Under the pieces are notes generated by a model. That model was not told where the DNA came from. It was given only the letters and a program-made list of their open reading frames with translations, and searched no databases. A stretch of DNA of 64,000 bases from Candidatus Berkelbacteria bacterium (GTDB lineage: Bacteria > Patescibacteriota > UBA1384 > 2-12-FULL-50-11), in assembly GCA_016432625.1 (NCBI GenBank), contig CP066697.1:215363-279362 (forward strand), written 5' to 3'. Both the position numbers and the translations under genes were made by a program. Shown here in pieces: positions 37,389-46,890 of this stretch (position 1 is its first letter; every line of letters begins with the position of its first letter).

Positions 37389-38732
37389 ATGACTCGCCGT
37401 CGCCTCGACGAGCTCACTGATGTGTTAGCTCAAATTTCTGTCGGTGACCTATCGGCCAACGTGCGAATTCCTAAAAAGGAAGATGAGTTTACTGATTTAT
37501 ACGTCGGCGTTCAGCTTATTCTCGAAGTTTTTCGCGAGAACATTAAGTATTTTGAAGCAGCCAACGAGGACCTTGCCAGGAATATCGAAAAAGTGGAGGC
37601 GTCTAGTTTAGTTATCGAGCAGGAAAAGGTAATCGACGAAGCGATTTTAGAAAGTATTGGTGAAGGATTAGTGGTGACCGATATCTCTGGCAAGATAATG
37701 GTAGTTAATCGACAAGCAGAGGAGATGTTCGGCATACCTTCGCGGGAGATGATCGGCAAGAAGTGGTCGAAGACCGTAAAGGCACGTTACCCGGATGGGG
37801 CGGAGCTAACCGATGAACAACGTCCGAGCCTACTGTCGATAACTAGACACCGCAAAGTAAACCATCCCCACCTTATTTTTTCGACTCGTCGTGTTAAAGA
37901 GCTCGCAGTGGCTATTACCTCGACGCCGATACTGATAGGTAAGACAGTCATCGGATCGGTCTCGGTTTTCCGCGATATCAAAGAAGAGCGCGAGATTGAT
38001 CTGGCTAAAACCGAGGTTATCTCATTTACTTCGCACCAGCTGCGCACCCCGCTCTCGGTTATCAACTGGTATAGCGAGGTGTTGCTGAAGGGTAATCGTG
38101 GCAAACTGACTCGTCCACAACACGAGTATCTAAAAGTTATTCATTTTACGACACGTAGAATGATTGAGCTGGTGAATACTTTCCTTAGTATTTCGCGGAT
38201 TCAGCTTGGGAAATTAGTTGTAGAGTATGCGCCAGTTGACGTACGAAAGGTTGTCACCGAAGTTTACAAGGAATTAATCCCTCAAGTGACGCAGCGTGAC
38301 CTTAAATTTACTACGCAGTTTGACGAAAAACTGCCAAAAATCATCTCCGACGCCAAGTTGTTACGGATTGTTTTCCAGAACCTATTTGGTAACGCGGTCA
38401 AGTACACTCCGGACAAGGGAAGCATTAGTGTCGAAGTTTCCGTGATTAGGCCGAAGGATAATTTGCCAATTAGTGAGGGAGTTTTGGTGGTTATCAGAGA
38501 CACTGGGTACGGCATTCCGAGAAAACAGCAAGACAAAGTATTTACTAAACTTTTCCGCGCCGAGAACGCCAAAATTATTGACACAGAAGGTGCGGGGCTA
38601 GGACTCTATATGGTCAAATCAATCCTAAATCATACGGGCGGCGATATTTGGTTACGCTCGCGGATTAATCGGGGGACGGTTTTCTTTGTGGTGTTGCCTC
38701 ATCAACCAAAAATTGAGGAGAAATCCCGTTGA
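37389..38732 (+). CDS. Cytoplasmic PAS-domain sensor histidine kinase
   Basis: PAS (EAILESIGEGLVVTD), HisKA H-box (SHQLRTPLSVI), HATPase_c G-boxes (DTGYGIP, GLGLYMV); no TM. Confidence 0.8.
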   Translation: MTRRRLDELTDVLAQISVGDLSANVRIPKKEDEFTDLYVGVQLILEVFRENIKYFEAANEDLARNIEKVEASSLVIEQEKVIDEAILESIGEGLVVTDISGKIMVVNRQAEEMFGIPSREMIGKKWSKTVKARYPDGAELTDEQRPSLLSITRHRKVNHPHLIFSTRRVKELAVAITSTPILIGKTVIGSVSVFRDIKEEREIDLAKTEVISFTSHQLRTPLSVINWYSEVLLKGNRGKLTRPQHEYLKVIHFTTRRMIELVNTFLSISRIQLGKLVVEYAPVDVRKVVTEVYKELIPQVTQRDLKFTTQFDEKLPKIISDAKLLRIVFQNLFGNAVKYTPDKGSISVEVSVIRPKDNLPISEGVLVVIRDTGYGIPRKQQDKVFTKLFRAENAKIIDTEGAGLGLYMVKSILNHTGGDIWLRSRINRGTVFFVVLPHQPKIEEKSR

Positions 38733-38763
38733 CAGGCCACAAGCTGAACGGTTGAATATCCAC

Positions 38764-39150
38764 ATGAACCAATCAAAGAAGCAAATCTTAATTATTGAGG
38801 ACGACAGTCTGCTGCGCGGCGTTCTTCGTGACGAGCTTGAACGAGACGGCTTCGGTGTTTCCGAGGCCAAGGACGGCAAAGTTGGCTTAGAAATGGTCTC
38901 AGAGACGTGTTACGACCTCATTTTGCTTGACATTGTCATGCCTAACCGCGATGGCCTATCTGTTTTGCGTCAAATGCGCAAATTCGATAAATGCGCCAAG
39001 GTACCGGTTATTTTACTTTCAAATCTCAACGACCCAGAAAAAGTCGCCGAAGCGATGATGGATGATTATGTTCACGACTACCTAGTCAAATCCGACTGGT
39101 CGCTCGCAGACGTATCGAAGAAAGTTAAAAACCTCCTAGGGGTTCTTTAA
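38764..39150 (+). CDS. Single-domain (CheY-like) response regulator
   Basis: ILIIEDD, phospho-acceptor D in LILLDIVMP, conserved K; no output domain. Confidence 0.75.
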   Translation: MNQSKKQILIIEDDSLLRGVLRDELERDGFGVSEAKDGKVGLEMVSETCYDLILLDIVMPNRDGLSVLRQMRKFDKCAKVPVILLSNLNDPEKVAEAMMDDYVHDYLVKSDWSLADVSKKVKNLLGVL

Positions 39151-39881
39151 CGAAATAGATCTTCCCGGGTCCGGGAGCAGAAAAGCTGACCGGCGCTTGA
39201 GCGGTAGAACCGACCTTTTGAATCGAGTTGTCTGTATGAATTAAGCTCTTCGCTAGTATTGCTGAGCCAAGCGTAGTTTTCGTTGAAAACAGTCGTTGGA
39301 CAACGTCCCGCCAAATAAAAACCATCGCTTATTAGCGATTTGATAATAAATAACGCCGAGATAGCAATTATCGTCAAAGCGCCAGCAGTAAGCGTTATCT
39401 TTGCCCGACCGAAGACGAGGATAATTATCCCTCCAGCAAAAAACGCGTAGTCGGCCACTGTGCGCCACGGGGAGATTTGCAGTTCAGCTAGTGCCTCTTG
39501 GGCTGTAAATACTCCGAATAAGAAGAGTAAGGGGAAAATTGACGGCGCAACCATCCACAAAAAGAAGATAAGACCGGGAATTTGCCAATTAGTCTCGCCC
39601 GGTTGGGAAAAACTTAGCGTCAGTATCCCGATAAATAAACTCGTCAAAATTCCGCCCGCTATCGCCAAGAATTCAACGTTAGTCGAAAACGGTGGAGTTA
39701 CCGAGTGTAGCCATAGGTAAAAGATTACCGTAAAGAAAAAGCCGCCAAATATTAGCCAAAAAAATAACCACGTTGAGAGTGCGGCACGAAAACTGTTCCG
39801 TGGCCTAATCTTCGCTAGTCGCCGTACTAGGCGCCGCTCAAGCGCGTAGAGGATTTCGTATTCTCGAGTTATGGTTAGCAT
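39147..39881 (-). CDS. Polytopic membrane protein, unknown function
   Basis: Five to six predicted TM helices. Confidence 0.3.
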   Translation of the reverse strand: MLTITREYEILYALERRLVRRLAKIRPRNSFRAALSTWLFFWLIFGGFFFTVIFYLWLHSVTPPFSTNVEFLAIAGGILTSLFIGILTLSFSQPGETNWQIPGLIFFLWMVAPSIFPLLFLFGVFTAQEALAELQISPWRTVADYAFFAGGIIILVFGRAKITLTAGALTIIAISALFIIKSLISDGFYLAGRCPTTVFNENYAWLSNTSEELNSYRQLDSKGRFYRSSAGQLFCSRTREDLFR

Positions 39882-39963
39882 GACAAGAGGTTACCACGAT
39901 TTTGTCAGATTCGGACTAGGCGTATTATTCTGAGGAAGAAGGACTACTCGTAAGCTTCGCTTG

Positions 39964-40010
39964 CTCCCGGGCTTGGAACCCGAGCTCGCAAGCTCGCTCA
40001 ATCCAAGCCC
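39964..40010. repeat. 15-nt duplicate of the tRNA-Gln 3' end (GCTCCCGGGCTTGGA) embedded in a 9-bp-arm hairpin (GGGCTTGGA...TCCAAGCCC)
   Basis: Exact match to 40034-40048, 70 bp downstream of the tRNA 3' end. Confidence 0.5.
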
Positions 40011-40035
40011 TCTAGCTCGTCGCTGACGCTTCTCG

Positions 40036-40106
40036 CTCCCGGGCTTGGATTCGAACCAAGATAGTCGCCTCCAAAGGGCGGTGTCCTACCATTAGACGAC
40101 CCGGGA
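40036..40106 (-). tRNA. tRNA-Gln (TTG)
   Basis: Self-complementary acceptor TCCCGGG/CCCGGGA, D-stem GTCT/GGAC, anticodon loop CTTTGGA (stem with one mismatch). Confidence 0.7.
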
Positions 40107-40181
40107 TTACCGCTATATTTTACCTTAAAACATCTTGATTTGCAGGTAGCGAGCAGGCGGCCATAAGGCCGCCTGGGTCGG

Positions 40182-40493
40182 TTAAACTGTTTCCTTATCT
40201 TCGATCCACTCTGTTTCGACTTTAAGCGGCCAGAAATGACCCTCATTGTTAATAACAAAAGCGATCTCGAAGCTGCGGTAACAGACAGTAGCGAAGCGTT
40301 TTTTGACCGGTCGACGCTCTGAAAGGTCAACGCGACCGATAACGAGGCGGCTCGTGCCGTTTGGCACGAAGACTTCGATGATACCGCTACCGCAGTTCTT
40401 GATCGAGGTGGCATGGTCGGGAAACACCAACCGAGCTGCCTCTTTCAATAGCCACTCGTTCGACGCGGTATAGGGACGTTTAAGGTGCTTCAT
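40182..40493 (-). CDS. Hypothetical 103-aa protein; GC hairpin (40154-40175) just downstream
   Basis: ORF with no recognisable motifs; hairpin CAGGCGGCC-ataa-GGCCGCCTG after the stop. Confidence 0.3.
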   Translation of the reverse strand: MKHLKRPYTASNEWLLKEAARLVFPDHATSIKNCGSGIIEVFVPNGTSRLVIGRVDLSERRPVKKRFATVCYRSFEIAFVINNEGHFWPLKVETEWIEDKETV

Positions 40494-40544
40494 GACACAC
40501 TCCTAACGGCGCCAATATACTCTTAAGCTCGGCAGTAACGCAAA

Positions 40545-41258
40545 AGCGCCTCCTTGCGGAAGCGCTTTTAGCGGAAACCTAATAAGCCGGGTTCTGTAAC
40601 TACCTTGCGGCAGCTCGCGAACATTAATCTAATGCGTTGAGACCAACTATTCTGTCTCGAGACCGAGACGGAGCTCGTTGTTCCTTTTGGGAACGATGAA
40701 CTTAATGAATAGCGGCCCGCTCAACTTGCACCACGCTGGGTTTAGCCACTCGCCTTATTACTAAGGACGATTGTGAGCTCTTACCTCACTCTTTTCACCT
40801 TTGCCTTTTCCGATTCAGTTAGGAAGGGGCGAACAAGTCGCCCAGATTAAGGGGACGGGTCGAATGAACTAGGTCTAGTTACAGGTCACGCTGACGATTG
40901 TTGCCTTGACTACACCAGCCTCGGCGTACATTCCTTGGCAACTGTTTTCGGCCCATCGTCTTGCTTTGCGATCGGCTTCTTGGCGGTTTTCGGCATCGAT
41001 CGACTTTTCCAAAGTTTTGATATAAGAACCATTCTCATTGATTGGTTCGAACACACCTGCCTTGGCTTTGCACGTGACTCGAATTTTAGCGGTTGCATTA
41101 AAGTACATGAATATCACCTCCTAACTGAACCGGACATTGGCTGTTTTGTTTCTGTGCCACTTTCCCTTGCCTTACGACAGCCAGCCGTTAGCTGGAGCGC
41201 GTCTCTATGGTGCCCGGACTTTCCTCACATTTTAAAATGCGCGATCGCGTTGATTTCA
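40545..41258 (-). ncRNA. rnpB: RNase P RNA (bacterial type A), interrupted by a ~290-nt insertion (40828-41116)
   Basis: P4 5' strand GAGGAAAGUCCGGGCACCAUAG (41235-41214); GGGAAAGUGGCACAGAAA; AAGGUGAAAAGAGUGAGGUAAGAGCUCAC (J11/12-P12); GGCUAAACCCA; P4 3' strand ACAGAACCCGGCUUAUU (40597-40581). Promoter TGGACT/17/TATAAT upstream and hairpin plus UUUUG terminator downstream. Confidence 0.75.
40875..41108 (-). CDS. 77-codon ORF embedded in the rnpB insertion (MYFNATAKIRVTCKAKAG...SVTCN), preceded by SD AGGAGG
   Basis: AGGAGGUG, then 8 nt, then AUG; basic soluble peptide with 3 Cys; the SD forms part of the helix closing the insertion. Confidence 0.4.
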   Translation of the reverse strand: MYFNATAKIRVTCKAKAGVFEPINENGSYIKTLEKSIDAENRQEADRKARRWAENSCQGMYAEAGVVKATIVSVTCN

Positions 41259-41326
41259 CGGAAATTATAGCCCAAATTATCGTGAAAGTCCACCGCTAGA
41301 GTGGCGATTTTCTCTTATTGTAAAGC

Positions 41327-41938
41327 TTAGAGAAACGATTGCCGGTGCAGCGTGCACGGTCCGATTTCACTGATTTTCTGGCGATGAAAAGCGGTGCCGT
41401 AGCCGGCGTTCTGGTGCCAGACGTATTCGGGGAAAAAGCGGTCGTAAACTTTCATCAGCTGATCGCGATAGACTTTTGCCACTATAGAAGCGGCCGCAAC
41501 GGGGTAGAACAAGGAATCACCGTGGGTGGCTCTAATGTATCGGCATTTGGTCGGCGGGTCGTAATGGTCCGTTAAGACCAGGTCGGCTTCAAATTCACTA
41601 AGAGCTCTTTGGTAGGCTAGTCGTAGGGCCTGGCTCAACCCGAGGCTATCAATTTCTAAGTGGCTAGCGTAGCCGAAACGGATTCTCACAACGGATCTAT
41701 GTATAATCTGAGCAACCTCTGCCCTGAAACGACGTTCCAGAAGTTTGGAATCGTTAACACCGGGAATCTCGGTTGCTATTTCAACTGCGGCAACAATCAC
41801 CGGCCCGGCTAATGCCCCGCGGCCAACCTCATCGACGCCGACGATTTCTTGATAACCTAAATCTTGAAGCTGTTTTAAAAGATGAAAATCAGGTGTGGAC
41901 GGGCTGAGCGGTCTTGGTCTTAGCTTTTTTGGGAGCAT
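41327..41938 (-). CDS. rnhB: Ribonuclease HII
   Basis: VGVDEVGRGALAGPV active-site motif (DEDD family), 203 aa. Confidence 0.85.
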   Translation of the reverse strand: MLPKKLRPRPLSPSTPDFHLLKQLQDLGYQEIVGVDEVGRGALAGPVIVAAVEIATEIPGVNDSKLLERRFRAEVAQIIHRSVVRIRFGYASHLEIDSLGLSQALRLAYQRALSEFEADLVLTDHYDPPTKCRYIRATHGDSLFYPVAAASIVAKVYRDQLMKVYDRFFPEYVWHQNAGYGTAFHRQKISEIGPCTLHRQSFL

Positions 41939-44759
41939 CTGCCTTTGACGATACCAGGAATTTGCCGGTTATCGACTGCGGGTTCTTGATAATTTCATCC
42001 GGCGTCCCAGTAGCCACGATGTTACCACCCTTTGTACCGCCATCCGGGCCAAGGTCAACAATCCAATCGGCACAGCGAATTACGTCGGTGTTATGTTCGA
42101 TGATGATCACCGTATTACCTCTATCGACGAGCTGATAGAGCACTGTTAGCAATTTCTGAATGTCCTCAAAATGTAGGCCGGTTGTAGGTTCATCCAAAAT
42201 ATAAAGCGTTTTGCCGGTCTCGCGTTTTGCGAGCTCAGTAGCGAGTTTAATGCGTTGTGCTTCACCGCCAGATAACGTCGTGGCTGGCTGTCCGAGTCGC
42301 ATATACTCTAGGCCGACTGACTGTAGGACGGAGAGTTTTTCCGTAACCTCAATTTCGCCATCGAAAAAGTTCAACGCTTCTTCAACCGACATTTCTAGGA
42401 CGTCGCTAATATCTTTGCCCTTGTACTTTATCTCAAGTGTCTCGGCGTTGTAGCGACGGCTGCGGCATTCAGGGCACTGGACGTAAACATCAGGCAGGAA
42501 ATTCATCTCAATTTTAATTTGGCCATCACCGCGACAGTGCTCGCAGCGACCACCGCGTAAATTGAAACTGAAACGAGATGGGTCGTAGCCGCGATTCATC
42601 GCTTCACTAGTGTTAGCAAAAAGTTCCCGAATTGGGCCTAGGGCACCGGTGTAAGTGGCGGGGTTACTGCGAGGTGTGCGGCCGATTGGTGACTGGTCGA
42701 TGTTGATAATGTTGTCTATCTCCTCCGTACCCTCGATACGTTCGTGCGGTGCTGGGTCGTCGCCTGATCCATGGAACTGATTTTCTAGAGCCCGGGCCAG
42801 AGTATCTTCTACGAGCGTTGATTTACCGCTGCCAGAGACGCCGGTGACGCAAATCAGGCGGTTGAGCGGGAACGAAGCAGTGACGTTTTTGAGGTTATTG
42901 CCTGTGGCGCCAACGACAGTTAGATAGCTCTCGGCATGTTCGTGACGGTGCTCGGGTAGTGAGATGGATTTTTTGCCTGACAAATAGGCACCCGTAACTG
43001 AATTTGGGTCGTTAAGGATCTCTTTCAAAGTTCCTTGGGAAATAATTTTTCCACCGTGCTCTCCTGCACCTGGTCCCATGTCGATAATCTCATCGGCACG
43101 CAGCATCGTTTCTTTATCGTGCTCGACGACAATTACCGTGTTACCGCGTTCTTTTAGCTCCTCGATAGTTTGCAGCAACTTGTCGTGATCGCGGGGGTGC
43201 AAACCAATTGACGGCTCATCAAGAATATAGATAACGCCAGTTAGCCCTGCCCCAAGTTGGGTGGCTAGGCGAACCCGCTGCGCTTCGCCGCCAGCTAACG
43301 TTGAAGTCGTTCGGTCGAGCGTGACATAGCTAAGGCCAACCTCAAGTAGATAGCTCAAGCGGGAGCGGATTTCTTTCAAAATAGGTACGGCGATAACCTG
43401 CTGTGAGGCGTGAACCGAAGCAGATAGTTCGGCGAAGAAATTATTCGCGTCCTCAATCGACATGGATGTGGCGTCAATAATGTTCTTATCTTTAATTCGG
43501 ACGCTGAGAACCTCTACTCTAAGTCGCTGGCCGTTACATGACTGACAGGTTTTCTCGACCATATATTTTTCAATCTCGTTTTTAAGATAATCGGAATCCG
43601 TTTCGCGGTAACGCCGTTCCAAGTTTGGAAGAATGCCTTCGAAAGCTTCCTCGTCGGAGTCGTTAGTGGTCTTTTCACCGTGGAGCAGGATATCTAAAGT
43701 TGCCTCTGGCAACTCTCCGACAGGGGTGTCGAGGCTGAAGCGGTATTTAGCACTTAAGTCGTTTAAGACCTTTTGATACCAATTGGCGTGGCTTGTCGTC
43801 CGACTCCAAGGGCGAACAGCACCTTCAGCGAGAGTTAGTCTAGGGTTAGGGATAACTAGGTCGCGATCAGCGACCATTTGCACGCCTAAGCCCTGGCAAA
43901 TCTGGCAAGCACCCTCGGGGTTATTAAACGAGAAGAGCCTCGGTTCAATATCAGGAAATTGCCAGCCACATTTGGTGCAGGCGAACTTCTGTGAGTAAAA
44001 TTCTTCTTTGTCGCCGTGGGAGGCGATTAATAGTCCGTTCCCTAACTTCAAGGCTCGGTCGACAAGTTTAAGTAGGTCTATTTGCGCCAATTGCTCTGAT
44101 TGGTCGTTACTAACGGGAAAATCGATAGAGCCAACTAGGAATTCGATGGTGTGTCGCTTGTTTTTATCAACCTCTAGACCGATTGCCTCGTTGATATCCA
44201 TTTCGACGCCATCAACACGTACACGTAAAATGCCCGACTTCTTGCCCTGCTTTAAGTGAAATTTGTGTTCTCCCTTACGAGCCTGGACGATCAGGGCATA
44301 CAAAGTAACTTTTAGAGTTTCTTCCAAACGGAAATGCTTTAGGATTGCTCGAGCGATTGATTCTGGTGACTGTTGGGTGATTGGGATATCGCACTTCGGG
44401 CAAAATGGCGTACCCACACGTGAAAATAGTAGACGCAAGAAGTCATAAATCTCGGTCGCTGTAGCAACCGTTGAACGTGGGTTACGGGCGGCAGTCTTTT
44501 GGTCAATAGCAATTGCCGGCGCTAAACCCTCGATGTAATCAAAGTCTGGTTTCTCAATTTCGCTTAAGAATTGACGGACAAATGAGCTCAGCGATTCGAT
44601 ATAGCGCCGTTGTCCTTCGGCGAAAATAGTATCAAAAGCAAGCGAAGATTTACCGGAGCCAGAGAGACCGGTCACTACCGTGATCTTGTTTTTGGGAATC
44701 TCTACCGTCAGATTCTTCAGGTTATGGGTTCTGGCGCCGACGACGCGAATGCTTTCCAT
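41889..44759 (-). CDS. uvrA: Excinuclease ABC subunit A
   Basis: Two ABC modules ([25 protein letters not shown]) and zinc-finger Cys clusters. Start set at M41 ([16 protein letters not shown]), the canonical UvrA N-terminus. Confidence 0.9.
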   Translation of the reverse strand: MESIRVVGARTHNLKNLTVEIPKNKITVVTGLSGSGKSSLAFDTIFAEGQRRYIESLSSFVRQFLSEIEKPDFDYIEGLAPAIAIDQKTAARNPRSTVATATEIYDFLRLLFSRVGTPFCPKCDIPITQQSPESIARAILKHFRLEETLKVTLYALIVQARKGEHKFHLKQGKKSGILRVRVDGVEMDINEAIGLEVDKNKRHTIEFLVGSIDFPVSNDQSEQLAQIDLLKLVDRALKLGNGLLIASHGDKEEFYSQKFACTKCGWQFPDIEPRLFSFNNPEGACQICQGLGVQMVADRDLVIPNPRLTLAEGAVRPWSRTTSHANWYQKVLNDLSAKYRFSLDTPVGELPEATLDILLHGEKTTNDSDEEAFEGILPNLERRYRETDSDYLKNEIEKYMVEKTCQSCNGQRLRVEVLSVRIKDKNIIDATSMSIEDANNFFAELSASVHASQQVIAVPILKEIRSRLSYLLEVGLSYVTLDRTTSTLAGGEAQRVRLATQLGAGLTGVIYILDEPSIGLHPRDHDKLLQTIEELKERGNTVIVVEHDKETMLRADEIIDMGPGAGEHGGKIISQGTLKEILNDPNSVTGAYLSGKKSISLPEHRHEHAESYLTVVGATGNNLKNVTASFPLNRLICVTGVSGSGKSTLVEDTLARALENQFHGSGDDPAPHERIEGTEEIDNIINIDQSPIGRTPRSNPATYTGALGPIRELFANTSEAMNRGYDPSRFSFNLRGGRCEHCRGDGQIKIEMNFLPDVYVQCPECRSRRYNAETLEIKYKGKDISDVLEMSVEEALNFFDGEIEVTEKLSVLQSVGLEYMRLGQPATTLSGGEAQRIKLATELAKRETGKTLYILDEPTTGLHFEDIQKLLTVLYQLVDRGNTVIIIEHNTDVIRCADWIVDLGPDGGTKGGNIVATGTPDEIIKNPQSITGKFLVSSKADAPKKAKTKTAQPVHT

Positions 44760-44879
44760 GTATGAACTGCCTGCAAGTCTAGCAAAAAAATATTGACACT
44801 TCAACCCCCTAGGGACTTGCAAATAGCCGTCTTTGGGATACAAAAGAAACAGTAATAAAAGGTAAGCACGAGGAGGCAT

Positions 44880-45344
44880 ATGCTAAAAGGCTCGAACATA
44901 ACAGGTGAAACTGACGGTCCGGGCACAACCGTCGGTGTCAACGTCGCCTTGTCCGGTACATTGCGAGACCAGAATGATATTCATATCTTCGGTCTGATTG
45001 ATGGTGAAGTGATTAGCGAGAAAACCGTCACAGTTGGCAAAACGGCCCAAGTAAAAGGACCTGTCCGTGGACAGATAGTATCAATCGCCGGTACAGTCCG
45101 CGGCTCGATTGATGCGTCAGATAAATTAGAGCTCCTAGATACAGCGAAAGTTTTCGGCAGTATTTCAACGAAGGATTTGGTTATCCATTCGGGTGCCGCC
45201 TTTGTTGGCAAATGCACTATGCCTTCCGAGGGTGCAGAAGAAGAGGCAGAAGAAGCGGCGAGCGAAGAGGCAAGCGAGCCAGAGGCCGAAGAGACTGAAG
45301 AACCAGCAGACGTAGAAGCGGAACTAACTCCGGAAGAGGAGTAA
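44880..45344 (+). CDS. Bactofilin-family cytoskeletal protein with acidic C-terminal tail
   Basis: DUF583 beta-helix repeats (G.V.G.V.G) and an E/A-rich tail. Confidence 0.75.
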   Translation: MLKGSNITGETDGPGTTVGVNVALSGTLRDQNDIHIFGLIDGEVISEKTVTVGKTAQVKGPVRGQIVSIAGTVRGSIDASDKLELLDTAKVFGSISTKDLVIHSGAAFVGKCTMPSEGAEEEAEEAASEEASEPEAEETEEPADVEAELTPEEE

Positions 45345-45378
45345 TGACACCGGGCGTTCTTCGCCCGCGCCTTAAGTA

Positions 45379-46104
45379 ATGTACTACTATATCCTCGAGG
45401 CACCGGCAAATCGTTCAGTGCGTCAAACCTACCAGCGTCTGCGGGATATTTTGACGAACCTTGGTATTGCCGGCGAGATGGTAGCGGCAAGTCCAGCCCG
45501 AACTCCCGAGGAACTTGCCGGAATGGGGATCGAGAAGGGATATTCAACCATTGTGGCAGTTGGAGGCGATCATCATATCAATCAAGTCGCCACGAACGTT
45601 ATGAACCGCGCCGTATTAGGGATTGTGCCGATCAACGCTTCCAACCAAGTTACGGATCTAGTCGGCGTCAACGACATCCGTGCTGCGGCTGAAACGCTTA
45701 AATTTAGACGCCTGACTATGGTCAGCACTGTTTTAATTGAACCTGACCTACCGTTATTTTTAGATGCCGAGATTCTTCCCGAACGCTTAGCGAAAGTCAG
45801 TCTGGTAATTGATAATCGAGTACGTGCGTTCGCTTACTTCAACCGAGCAGTAATTAATCGTTCTTTGGAAATTCATCTAGAGAGCACTCATGTCACCGAA
45901 CCAAAAAAAGTATTAGGTATTTTCTCTGTCGGCGGCAATATCGTAAAGTCTGAGAGCCTGCTTCACGGTCGATCGGTACGATTAGTTACCGATCCTGACC
46001 TGCCGTTACTGGTGGCGGGGCGGCCGGTCGCGACGTCGCCGTTGCAGCTTCGATTGCTCCCCGAATCCTTGAAAGTCATCACCAGGCGTGGTACAGTTTC
46101 CTAG
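45379..46104 (+). CDS. Diacylglycerol-kinase catalytic-domain family lipid kinase (YegS/DgkB-like)
   Basis: DAGK_cat pattern ending IVAVGGDHH (GGDG-motif variant). Confidence 0.55.
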   Translation: MYYYILEAPANRSVRQTYQRLRDILTNLGIAGEMVAASPARTPEELAGMGIEKGYSTIVAVGGDHHINQVATNVMNRAVLGIVPINASNQVTDLVGVNDIRAAAETLKFRRLTMVSTVLIEPDLPLFLDAEILPERLAKVSLVIDNRVRAFAYFNRAVINRSLEIHLESTHVTEPKKVLGIFSVGGNIVKSESLLHGRSVRLVTDPDLPLLVAGRPVATSPLQLRLLPESLKVITRRGTVS

Positions 46105-46188
46105 ATAACTCATGGGTCACAAACAGGCTCAGTTAGGGAATGTACATTAACCGAATTCAGTTCGGCATACTTTGCGTGGGAGACAACA

Positions 46189-46695
46189 ATTAACGACCGC
46201 GAACACCGCATCAATCACGAAATTCGTGTTCCCCAGGTTCATTTAGTTCTAAATGACGGGGAATCGCGCGGTATTGTCTCTACACAAGAAGCTCTGCGTT
46301 TAGCTCGCGAAAGCGGACTCGACTTGGTTGAGATTGCTCCAAAGGCAATGCCGCCGGTTGCCAAGATTCTTGATTACAATAAGTTCCGCTACGAACAAGA
46401 AAAGAAAGCTCGCGCTTCTGCCAAGTCAGCCAAGAACCCCCAGCTAAAAGAGGTTAGGTTGAGTTTTGGCATCGGGGCACATGATATCGAAACTAAAGCC
46501 AAACGGGCCAAGGAATTCTTGGACGAAGGACACTTCATCCGTGTTTTTATCACCTTGCGTGGCCGCGAAAATGTCTTTCCCGGCAAAGCTAAGCAGACCC
46601 TGGAAACTTTCCGAGATGCAACTGAATCAGCGGTTGAACAGCCTATCACCCAAGTTGGTAATAAGATCCAAGTTATACTAAAACCAAAAAAGTAA
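46189..46695 (+). CDS. infC: Translation initiation factor IF-3, initiating at AUU
   Basis: ATT at 46189 preceded by GGGAGA (5-nt spacing). N-terminal ...RINHEIRVPQVHLVLNDGESRGIVS... aligns with the IF-3 N-domain. The listed ORF 46324..46695 starts inside the gene. Confidence 0.85.
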   Translation: MNDREHRINHEIRVPQVHLVLNDGESRGIVSTQEALRLARESGLDLVEIAPKAMPPVAKILDYNKFRYEQEKKARASAKSAKNPQLKEVRLSFGIGAHDIETKAKRAKEFLDEGHFIRVFITLRGRENVFPGKAKQTLETFRDATESAVEQPITQVGNKIQVILKPKK

Positions 46696-46889
46696 TGCCA
46701 AAGATTAAGACAAGAAAAACTATCAAGAAACGTGTCATCGGTGTCACCGCCGACGGCTTGCTGCGTCTGCGCAAACAGTCAAACCAGCATCGAGCTCGCT
46801 TTAAATCTACTCGCAGCATGGCGAACGCCGCTAAGTCGCAAAAAGTAACCAGAACTCTATCTAAGAAAATCCGAAAGGTAACCAAGTAA
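46695..46889 (+). CDS. rpmI: 50S ribosomal protein L35
   Basis: [13 protein letters not shown]... signature, 64 aa, immediately after infC. Confidence 0.9.
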   Translation: MPKIKTRKTIKKRVIGVTADGLLRLRKQSNQHRARFKSTRSMANAAKSQKVTRTLSKKIRKVTK

Positions 46890-46890
46890 A

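Noticed and set aside
39998-40414. 138-aa minus-strand ORF overlapping tRNA-Gln and the neighbouring 103-aa gene
   Set aside because: Arg/Ser-rich frame covering a tRNA; no RBS.
40935-41270. 111-aa plus-strand ORF
   Set aside because: Antisense to the RNase P RNA 5' half and the embedded ORF; the opposite strand carries the conserved rnpB motifs.
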